From NCBI RefSeq assembly GCF_000315625.1, contig NW_005434600.1, forward strand, positions 291,150 through 355,149: DNA of 64,000 nucleotides. Reading direction: 5' to 3'. The notes under the pieces were generated by a model. It worked only from the letters and a program-made list of their open reading frames with translations. It was not told the origin of the DNA and did not search any database. The stretch comes from Guillardia theta CCMP2712 (taxonomy: Eukaryota > Protista > Cryptophyta). Shown here piece by piece: positions 48,800-59,193 of this stretch. Made by a program: the position numbers and the translations under genes. Each line of letters starts with the position of its first letter. The stretch's first letter is position 1.

Positions 48800-49500
48800 C
48801 TGGCAGGTGCCTACCGTAGGACGGTCGGACGTCAATTGAATGAGTTTCAGTCACTCAGTCCGACCGGCGAACTTGGGCCCGGCCCGGGGACTCGGATGCC
48901 ATGCCGGGCCGCCGAAGTAACTAAGTGCAGCCGGCCTGGCAGCCTGTTGCGGCCGCGGCCGGACTCCGACGCGGCTCACCGTTGGCGGCCGCGTTCGAGT
49001 CGTGACTCGCGGATCCGATGCCCCCGTGGCACGGACTGAGGCAAGTTCCGAATGGCGGCAATGGCAGTGGGGCGCACTGCGCCGGCGGCACTGAGGCCGC
49101 GGGCGCACATGAATTCAAGTTGTCTGAGACCGTTCTGTACAGCGGCCAGTTTACAAGGACCGGCGGCCGGGGCCGTTAGCCCGGCGCATCACTACTCATG
49201 GCGGGCCGGGCCCCCGTTCACTGACGGCGGCGTCCGGGCCGCGAAAAACCGTTGAACGGGTCAGCGGTGACTCCGTCACGGTCAACTTTGTTCAGCGCCT
49301 CGCCAGGTGACCACGGAGTCACTGAGTCAGTCACTTCCAGAGGCTTGCCGCGGCCAGTGCCGGCCCACCGTGACAGCCACGGTAGTAAACGACACACTGA
49401 GTGACACTGAATGAAAGAAAGCGACGGTGACAGTCGGCTGATCATCATAGTACAAGTTCCTAGGCCCTGTCACGGCCCGGTGCTCTTGACACATCACCCT
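48800..49500. other. GC-rich palindromic-word intergenic block
   Basis: CCGTCACGGT, ACTGAGTCAGTCAC, ATCATCATAGTACA (identical to 42571). Confidence 0.7.
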
Positions 49501-50340
49501 GAGGAGCGGGGGAGACCCAGGCTCCTGCCTTGATAGTACCTCGACGTCATAATAGTATACAATTTTGGATTCAGATGTATCCACCTAGTCATATCATTAC
49601 ATGGTTTCATTTGACTTAAGTTTGGTTTCAATTCTGTTCAACGTTCGCACACACACCATAAGACGATCTCACTGAGAAGAGGCTCTTGCTGCCAACGCTT
49701 CTCCCTTCTTCTCGTGGTTGTCGAAGTGGATGAAACTTAGCAATGGAGGGAAGAGAGAAGATCAGAGATCAGCAACGAGAAGGCAAGAAGGAAGAACCAA
49801 GTGTGACTCAGGGGAAGAGTGAATCAGCTCTATTCCATGCAATCTTGGGGTGAGCATGAAAAATTTACTCTTCCTCGGCAAAAAAGTTCTACTCTCAACA
49901 CCCACTCTTCGTCCTCCAACCCTACACAATATGCTGACAACAGCAAAGCATGCAGGCTCGACCAACCTTGAGGGCCCTACTTGTATTGGCTCCTATTTCC
50001 TCCCTCGCACAAGAGGCAAGTTGGCAGCAAAGGCTCCGATGGCAGGAGGAAGCGCAAGGAAGAGAGACGCTGCTATCCCCGACAACCCGGCCATGCTGAA
50101 CACCAGGCTTCAAGGGTTGCTCATCACTCAAAGGTATCAGGTGCGATGATGTCATACTAGCGGTGCTAGACCAGCGTAAGGGAGAGGAGACCCCTTTGAC
50201 TGAAGGGGCTGATCCTTATACAGGCCGAGGAAGGGAATAGGGGTAGTGCTGCACGAGCAAGCGGTACTAAAGAGGAGCGGGGCAGATGTGAACGAGGGTG
50301 AGGTTGCCTGCTTGAGCGTAGCAAGGCTGTCATACAAGAC

Positions 50341-50664
50341 TCAACGTAAGTGCTGGTCGTTGATAATACCTCGCGCATCAAGCTCCTCGTCCCCGTCCCT
50401 TTGCTGCTTCCGCTTCCCTGTAGCCTCGTGTGCCCTTGACGTCCTCGCCGCCATCACGTTGCTCAGCACGTCCCTGCAGCATCCCGGCCGCCTCAGCTGT
50501 CCGTCGGGGGTGGCAGCAGCAGCAGCAGCAGCAGGGGAGGGGAGGGAGAGGGAGAGGGAGGAAGAGCTTCGGGAGGCTTGGCGGGAGGTCCAGGGAGAGA
50601 CTTGGAGGATCTTGATGGTAGAGCGAGGGGGAGGGAAAGGGAGGGGGAGGGGAGCTGCAGACAT
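50341..50664 (-). CDS. Small orphan protein, RSTIKILQVSPWTS family copy A
   Basis: MSAAPLPLP...RSTIKILQVSPWTSRQASRS...CRDVLSNV...EATGKRKQQRDGDEE; two further copies nearby. Confidence 0.5.
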   Translation of the reverse strand: MSAAPLPLPFPPPRSTIKILQVSPWTSRQASRSSSSLSLSLPSPAAAAAAATPDGQLRRPGCCRDVLSNVMAARTSRAHEATGKRKQQRDGDEELDARGIINDQHLR

Positions 50665-51352
50665 GAGGCAGGGGGCTGAGGGGAGGAGGGTGAAGGGTGT
50701 AGCGAGAAGGAGGGAAGGGAGGAGGATTGAAATCACGTGAAGGGGGTTCAGGTCTTTATGTGTTATCAATCTCGCTGTCTATCTCCGTAAAGGTCCCTGC
50801 GACTAGCTGGTACTACCCCCACCCTACTCTGAGACTATCCTGACACCCCTACCTGACTTTTTTTTAAATTCCCCGACGTCAAAAGAGCTCGTTTTGTATC
50901 TCTGCCGTCACGCTGACGTGCTTGCACTTGGATTGTTCGGATCTTGAAGGTCCCACCCTTCTCGTCTCGCACTAGAGGCTCACTTAGGCTTCATCCCACC
51001 TCGAGCTATGCTCTCCATTAGTCGGATCTGTCGCGTGACTCCCTCGTGATTCTCTTCATCCCGCATATCAGGCATCCTTTATGTCCCTACTCCCCCTCAC
51101 TCCTCTCCGCACGACGATCATGGGAGGCGGAGGCAGCTCGTCCTTGGACGCGGAGAGGAGGAGCATGAAGCGGGTCGTCGAGGAGGGGAGGAGTTAAAGG
51201 AGACGAGGACGGGAGGAGACGAGGCGTTTGAATGTGTTCCTGTCGCCTTTCTCATCACTTGTGTCACAACCACAAGCTCCATGAGGCCCTGCTTCTAACC
51301 AGAAGGGCAAGAGGAGGGAGAGCGAGTGAGGGCTGGCTGACCCGGTCAAACC

Positions 51353-51480
51353 AGTGCAGTGATGTGTACTTTACTAGCGATGCTAGTGCAGTGATGTGTA
51401 CTTTACTAGCGATGCTAGTGCAGTGATGTGTACTTTACTAGCGATGCTAGTGCAGTGATGTGTACTTTACTAGCGGTGCT
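51353..51480. repeat. 32-bp tandem repeat x4 with internal palindrome
   Basis: AGTGCAGTGATGTGTACTTTACTAGCGATGCT repeated head-to-tail; ACTAGC-GAT-GCTAGT hairpin at junctions. Confidence 0.92.
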
Positions 51481-51640
51481 GGACTCACAAGCTTCTGCTC
51501 CTCTTCTTACCAGGAGTGATAGAGACTTCCACTGCTGTCCCTTACCTTGACAAGTTTGCGGTGTGACCTGCTAGGGCCCTCGCATATCAGTCTTGTCCTC
51601 AAGCGCTCTCCTGCCTTGACAGCACCTCCCACCCACACTG

Positions 51641-51894
51641 CTATCGCACATCAACCTCCTCGTGTCTTTCCGCGACCTCGTCCCCGTCCCCCTCCTGCTT
51701 CCGCTTCCCTGTAGCCTCTTGTGTCCTTTCGGCGGCGGCGGCAGCAGGGAGGCGGTGGGAGAGGGAAAGGGAGGAGGGGCTTCGGGAGGCTTTGCGGGAG
51801 GTCCAGGGAGAGACTTGGAGGATCTTGATGGTAGAGCGAGGAGGAGGGAAAGGGAGGGGGAGTGGCGGGGGGGGGGAGAAGGCGCTGCAAACAT
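51641..51894 (-). pseudogene. RSTIKILQVSPWTS family copy B (frameshift in a G/C homopolymer, or sequencing error)
   Basis: ATG at 51894 is out of frame with RSTIKILQVSPWTSRKASRS...QEATGKRKQEGDGDE...VDVR*. Confidence 0.45.
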
Positions 51895-52437
51895 GAGGCA
51901 GGGCGATGGAGGAAGAGGGAGCAGGTACCAGAGCACGGAGCAGGGAGCAGAGCACGGAGCAAGGAGCAGGGAGGAACCACGGGAGAAGGATGGAGGTCCC
52001 GTATCGGGGGAGTGGGGCAGGGGGAATGGGGCTGGGGGAATGGGGCTGGGGTGTGCTAGAGCAGGGGAGTATCTCCCCGATATCTTTTGCTGTTCGACTG
52101 GACTGCATGACTGATAAGCCGGCCAGTCATTCATTTTTACTTCACGGAGATTGTATCGGGGGAGCAAGCATGAGCTTGCATAAGTCGTCAGTTGCACCCT
52201 GCAGGACAGTCCCTGACCCTTCTCATTCTCAATTAGAGGCACACTTAGACTTTATCTCACCATGGGCCCTGCCCTCCATGCCCAAAATCAGTTCTGTAAC
52301 AACACACCTCTTACGATCTGCAGAAGTGCAACTCCTCCACTACTTGTAAACTGACATCCTTTCGTCCCCTACATCATCCTTCCTCCATCCCTCCTTTGGC
52401 TACACCCTTCACCCTCCTCCCCTCAGCCCCCTGCCTC

Positions 52438-52749
52438 ATGTCTGCAGCTCCCCTCCCCCTCCCTCCTCCCCCCCCTCGCTCTACCATCAAGATCCTCCAA
52501 GTCTCTCCCTGGACCTCTCGCAAAGCCTCCCGAAGCTCTTCCTCCCTCTTCCTCCCCCGCCCCCTCCCTCCCCCTCCTCCTCCCGGGAGTCCTCCTCCTG
52601 CCTGCAGGGACGTGCTGAGCAACGTGCTGGTGGCGAGGAGGTCGAGGGCACAAGAGGCTACAGGGAAGCGGAGGCAGCAGGGGGACGATGACGAGGGCGC
52701 GGAGAAGACGCGGAGGAGGGGAGGACACGAGGTGCTTGATGTACGATAG
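52438..52749 (+). CDS. RSTIKILQVSPWTS family copy C (inverted)
   Basis: MSAAPLPLP...RSTIKILQVSPWTSRKASRS...CRDVLSNV...QEATGKRRQQGDDDE...LDVR*. Confidence 0.5.
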   Translation: MSAAPLPLPPPPPRSTIKILQVSPWTSRKASRSSSSLFLPRPLPPPPPPGSPPPACRDVLSNVLVARRSRAQEATGKRRQQGDDDEGAEKTRRRGGHEVLDVR

Positions 52750-53801
52750 GTGGAGGTTATCAATTACCACAAGTTAAATTGCTAGAAGATGCAAGGGGAT
52801 CGCAACATCTCACAGAGTGAAAGACGAACACATCGGCTCTGCTCGTTGGAGTGAAACTCACATGAAGTAGGAAGACTATCAGCTCATCTTCCTGAATCTA
52901 TGAGATGAGCTTCAGATATTCATTGCCACCGGTCCCTTGCTCAGGCATGGACAGTCTGCAGAGGATTTTGTCGTCGTTGCTACTTCGATCCAGCAAAGCA
53001 CAGCCATACGCATTAGTAGTGGAGATAAAATATTGCTCTGACAACGAGCCTAGCGCAAAGAAGTTCGTCCACAAAATGAACGGATTGCAAGATCCCTTGC
53101 TCTCGTATCAAGATCATATCAGATCAGATCAGATCATGTCAAGTAGACTTACTCACTTCCTCTTATTGTCTTCCTCTCTCCCTCCCTCACTCGCGCTCGC
53201 TATCCATCTCGTCTGCCTGCCCTCCCCTCCCCTACCGTACCCTCCCCTCCCCTCTCCTCCCCTCTCCTCCCCTCTCCTCCCCTCTCCTCCCCTCTCCTCC
53301 CCTCTCCTCCCCTCTCCTCTCCTGCCCTCTCCTGCCCTGCCTTGCCCTGCTGCTTCTCCTTCTCTCATGGATTTTCTCCCTTCATCGTCTTCTGCTCTTC
53401 TCTTCCATCAGCTTCGCTCTCCATCGCTTGCTCGCTCGCTGCTTTCCTTCATTTCGGAACCAGCAGGGGTGGTTGCTTCTTATGGATAGGGTCAGATATC
53501 AAAAGGGTAGTTTGTAAGGGGTACTTTTGTAGTGAATTACATGGTATCACCGTGGGTACTCAAAACATTTTAAAGAATTACACGGGTAGGGTATACAGAA
53601 TCAAAGTAGGGTGGGTAACCTCTAGGGATCAGTGGGGGCAGACGCAATGCAAGTGCTGAAGGGAGAGGAGAAGGGGGAGGGGAGGGGGGGGAGGACGAGG
53701 AGGAGATGAAGAGAAAGATAACATGATGATAACAGCATGATTAAGATGATCCAATCAGAAGGTAGAGGTGGTCTGATGGATCCATCAAGGATCAAGGATG
53801 A

Positions 53802-53997
<196 letters not shown>

Positions 53998-54337
53998 GAA
54001 CCCGCTGGATGGAACTTGGACACAGCTAGGGGGCTCGCTGCAAGAAATGAATATCAGTGTAGATTTAGTTTGATATCAGTGTAGATTTAGTTTGATATGA
54101 TCTTGAGGCTTAAAGTGGCCACCAGATGAAAGATTTACTTGCAAGCCGAAGGAGAGTAGTGCATGGTTTGCCTTGCTAGAGTTGTTATTTGCTCTCAGTC
54201 ACTTATGTTCATCGCAGCACAAAGGCGCTGAGTCTTGTCGAGTGAGCTGGATATCAACTTGTTTTCCACCTACCATGAAGGGCAGAAGATGAATTGCGCT
54301 TGACTGTTTCTTCGCCTGTCCCTTTCTTGCTCCAAGA

Positions 54338-57060
54338 ATGCCAGCGAACGAGCTCATGCGTCTCCTCTGTTTGTGCATCATTGCGCAGGGTTGCTCCACC
54401 ATGGGGAGGCGATGCTGCACCGTCAGGAGTCAGGGGGGGCAAAGGGGCATGGGAACTTTCCTCCGGCATGGAGCGGGGAAGAAAGTGAAGGGAATACTGG
54501 CCTTGCGAGGAGGGAAGGAGTACTCGGACTTCAGTGAATCGTTCCAGAGCAGCCTGGAGGAGAGGATCGACCCACACGAGCTCGACCAGCTCCTCACGGA
54601 CCACCTGCTGTTCATCGATGAGGACAAGGCAGAAACTGTAGCAATGAGGGAGGGAGTGCAGAAGGAGAAGAACAAGGAGGAGGAGATACCGGTGCTGCCC
54701 TCTGATGAGTTCAAGGCAGGAAAGATGGAGGAAGAGGGAGGGGTCTTGCGTCCTCTGACAGAACGAGGGCTCCTCACCATCGAGCAGCATGAAGACGACG
54801 GCATGTGGCACTTGCACTGGACCTCCCGCGTACCGAATCGAGCCTCCGTCGGTAAGCTAGACATCCTCCTCCTCTCCGGCGACGGCTGGATCGAGAGGCT
54901 GATGGACTGGAAGGGAGAGCCTGTGACTGGAGCGAGGATCTACCGAGTCGGGCTGAACTCAACCGGGAGGGTGTACTACTTCTGGATGCAGGAAGCGTCG
55001 ATCGAGGTGGACGACGTGCTGTTCAACCGTGTCGATCATATTCTCAACCCTCCCACCTACAACGAGAGCTTGGAGGGATTCGGATGGCGTTGGACCTCTC
55101 ATCTCAACATCAGCTTGTCTCAGGGGCTGCACAAGGCGCTTGTTGGCGTGCGGGATGCAAATTTAGAGCTCCCCAACGTCCCAGCAGCGCATGACGAGCA
55201 GTGGAGGAGGGTTTCAGAAGTTCAGTCGCACAAGTACCGCCAACACTGGATCGTCTATAACCGAATGCATCCTCCTCAACAGGCCCAGGACAAGGTGGCG
55301 ACTCCCCGGCTGATCCCCATGGGAGGCAAGCACCCCCGCTTCTGGGAGAAGGACGGGGCAACCAGGATCACGCACTGGGACCCGATCTCTATCACCTGCC
55401 CGACCCCAGGAGCAGAGATCTACTACACCTTCTGGCCCAGCATAGACTACTACTGGAATGTAGAGGATGCGGACGAGACCCCTTGCGAGCTGTCGTGGGA
55501 GAAGTACCAGGGGCCGTTCTCGCTACCGTTGCCTTACTTCTTCGAGGAGAAAGGATATGAGGACTGGAGGGTCAAGGCGGTGGCTGTGAAAGAGGGGATG
55601 ACTCGCAGCGATGTCGTAGCAGGGGAGTTTGCTGTGGTGACACATAAGGAGGACCTGCCCAAGGTCAGGTATGACGTGCACATGCGGTTACGACACGTGC
55701 TGGAGAACTCTTCGCACCCGCTCTTCATCGAGTACGACATGAGGATTCGGAGAGCGTGCTATGCGAGAAAGAAGCACTGGGAGGCACAGTTGGAGAAGCA
55801 TGCGAGCGGCGAGATCAACGAGTTTACGGAGCAGGTGAAGGGAGGAGAAGGGAGGAGAAGGGATGAAGTGGTTGGTAGCTAGAAATGAAGGAGAGAATGA
55901 GAGGAGGAGGAGAGAGAAGAAAACAAGAAGGCGGATGAAAGACATGATGCTTGCTGTGTCGTGACAGCAGGAGAAGCAAAAGCACAGGCAGAAGCAGGAG
56001 TAGGAAGAGAGCGAGGAGGGGAGATGAATGGGGTCGAAATCCTGTGACAGTCTTCGATTGCTCAGTTTCTACCCCTGGAAGGATTCCTGCACTTCAATCG
56101 CCGTGGAAAACTTTCACATCAGACCAAGGAAAACGATCCTGCGTTGCCTCCGGTGAAACTTCCCTCCTCCCCTCCTCCCCCTCTCAACCAACCTCCAGCT
56201 TCCCTCCTTCCTTATATCTCCTTCCCTTAGCTCACAAACCTTTCTCTCCCCCTTCCCTCCACGTACTCCTCCCTCTGTCCCTCGATCCTCCTTCTTCCGC
56301 CTTTCCCTCTCACTCGTTTTGTTCAATCTCCATCTCCCCTGTTTCCGCCTCCTTGTCTGTCTCCTCCGCTTCCTTCTCCTCCCTCTTCCGCCTGCTCCTC
56401 CTGCTCAACCCAACGCAGGGTGCTGTCTGCTTCGATGATATCACTGGGGTGCCTCTGAACAATCAAGGATTTCCTGTTGGCCCTCCCACAGGCAGGCGGA
56501 GGAAGGCAAAGGCAAGAGAAGTAGCCAAACCAGGGGGAGGAGGAGGAGGAGGAGGAGGAGGAGGAGGAGGAGGAGGAGGAGGAGGAGGAGGAGGAGGAGG
56601 AGGAGAATCGAAATCGTCAGAGAGAGCAATGGGGGCAGGGGCTGAGCAAGAACTTGAAGAATCTACTTTGACAAACATGCAACAGGTTGACTTGACTGTT
56701 TGCATTAGGCTAAGTCAGTAACTTGTTGCAGGTTATAAAAGACAAGGTTGTGACATGATGTTTCGTACATTCTTTGTTTTTTCCTGTCATTTCTTTTTTC
56801 TCGGAACTTCTCTTTTTCTTTTCATCTCCTCTTTTTTGTTTGCATTTGTTCCTGTTTGTAGTGGTTGTTCTCTCAATGATTGAATCCTGTTTTCACTGCT
56901 CAATCTTTTGCTCTGTGTGCAGGAAAGCAAGATCATGTCGGAAATGAAGAGAGATGTCTCGTCGATGATGACAGGTTTTCCAGCCTTTCCTGCTCTCACG
57001 TCCTGTCGCGATGACACATGGATTGTAGATGATAATGAGAGACAAACTGCTTCTGTTGAG
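54338..57060 (+). CDS. Protein with putative signal peptide, LRGG motif, Rpn13/ADRM1 Pru-like domain and FN3-associated (CHB_HEX_C-like) domain; first exon 54338-55834, 3' end uncertain
   Basis: EFKAGKM...RGLLTI...WHLHWTSR...RIY...YYFWMQE...VDHILNPP (54707-55053) parallels Rpn13 EFRAGKM...FFWMQE...YLNNPP; VATPRLIP.GG...ITCPTPGAEIYYT...YQGPF...VKAVAVKEG..S.V (55295-55635). Confidence 0.8.
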
Positions 57061-57479
57061 GTGAGCAAGAAATGTACAAGACTGCATTGAAATGATAGAT
57101 TGTAACATCGTCGAAGGATAGAAAGGATGATGGAGAAGGAGAGTGGGAGGGAAGAGGAGGGAGGAGCAGGCAGCAGGAAGGAAGAGAAGGAGAGGAAGAG
57201 AAGGAATTTGGGGGACGGGGGGAATGAGTAGGAGGACGAGAAGAGGACGAGGAGGAAGGAGTTTGGAGGACAAAGACAAGGAGGAAGCAGGGGAAGGAGG
57301 AGGGAGAGAAAGAAGGTGCAGGGAGCTGTGAGGAGGAGAGGTAGTGAAGCGGATCAGGATGGAGTTGATGACGGTAATGGCAGGATATGCACGATGAAGG
57401 ACTACAATCTGCCCTTGGTAACTTCATTAGCTCGAGGACTTTGTTGCTGAACCTTGTGTTCTTCTCGCCTCCCCTTGCC

Positions 57480-57725
57480 TCCTCTCCTCTCCTCTCCTCT
57501 CCTCTCCTCTCCTCTCCTCTCCTCTCCTCTCCTCTCCTCTCCTCTCCCGTCCCGTCCCGTCCCGTCCCCTCCTCTCCTCTCCTCTCCTCTCCTCTCCTCT
57601 CCTCTCCTCTCCTCTCCTCTCCTCTCCTCTCCTCTCCTCTCCTCTCCTCTCCTCTCCTCTCCTCTCCTCTCCTCTCCTCTCCTCTCCTCTCCTCTCCTCT
57701 CCTCTCCTCTCCTCTCCTCTCCTCC
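57480..57725. repeat. (CTCCT)n pentamer microsatellite
   Basis: Direct reading. Confidence 0.95.
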
Positions 57726-59193
57726 TTGTCCTCCCCCAACTGCTCCTACCATCTGTTTCTCCGTCTCCATCGCTACCATAGCCCTGCTCCGCTCTCTCCC
57801 TCCCCCTGCCCCTTCCTTCTATCCCCTCCCTCGCGTCCTCCTTCTCCTTCCCACTCACCTTGCTGACTTCACATAGGACGACGACGATCCTCAGCTCCCT
57901 CCTCCTCCCCCCTTCGGCTCCATCGGTTNNNNNNNNNNNNNNNNNNNNNNNNNNNNNNNNNNNNNNNNNNNNNNNNNNNNNNNNNNNNNNNNNNNNNNNN
58001 NNNNNNNNNNNNNNNNNNNNNNNNNNNNCTTGCCCACACCCTCCGCAAGCTTGTCAGGCCATGATCAGAAACTTCACGAGCTGCTACCGAGAAGGAAGTT
58101 GTTCAACAGGCAGGAAAAGTCCGGGAAATTCATCAACGGAGTTGGGAAGGCCAACAATGCCGACGACAATTCTTCGCTCAAGTTGTCCCGCTCCCTCTGG
58201 AGGCCATCGAGCAACCAACACCGACGAGCTCGAGTAGTGAGCTGAGCTTCTTGCTGCATTCATATACATCATCTTCTTTCCCTCCTCACTGAACCTCGGG
58301 CTGTTCCAATGGTCAGTTGCTTCCATCTCATCCGTTTCAAAACCGTTTGCAGCCCTAAACCCTAAACCCTATGACACCCCAACCTCCATTATCAGATCAT
58401 CCATTGCAATTTGAGTTGACATCTGCCCTTCTAATTCTTTCAATCACATTGCTCCGCAAGATTTCGCGCTGAAATCTTCTTCTTGTTCTTCTTCATCTTC
58501 CTCTTCATCTTCATCAGTCTTCTTCATCTGTTCTTCACCTTCATGGATCTCTCGAGCTTTTTTTCGTCAGCGTAGGGGGGCAAAATGATGTTGAGGTGGT
58601 GCGGAGGGAACGGGAGAGGCAGGAGGAGGAGGAGGAGGAGGAGGAGGAGGAGGAGGAGGAGGAGGAGGAAGGGTAGCTCAAACGATCCAAACTTTCTTCA
58701 ACTTCGATGTGTATGTTGAAATCACCATCAGCAATCATTCTTTTGAGTGTTATGCGTCGAAGATACGTGTTTTCCCTTCTTCATCTTTCCATGATGTTCT
58801 TCTCAAGTTATTTTATCTCCCATCTCCTCCTTCATTTCAAGTTCCCTACTCTGCTGCTGCGTCAAATTTGTTTATTGAAGAACAACAGCATCATTACATC
58901 ATCATTATCATCATCGTCATCGTCACCTCACCATCAACATCGTCATATGCTGTTTGTGACAATCTGTCTCAATCAGGCGTTCCTGCTTTATCTTCAGGTT
59001 TGCTCTACTTCACATCATTTTTCCCCCGTCCCCCCTTCCTCCTCCTCCTCCTCCTCCTAACGCTTCCTCGCAATCTGTGCAGGAGAAATCCAAGGAGATG
59101 ATGGAGGACGAAGGCGACGAACCAATGGGATGAAGGCAGTAGAGACGATGAAACAACTTGTAGATCCTCTTCACATATCACATGGAAATTTTC

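Noticed and set aside
51353-51480. CRISPR-like 32-bp palindromic repeats
   Set aside because: Repeats are contiguous with no spacers, there are no cas genes, and the context is eukaryotic
58353-58371. CCCTAAA telomere-like repeat
   Set aside because: Fewer than three units; too short to support an interstitial telomere or chromosome fusion
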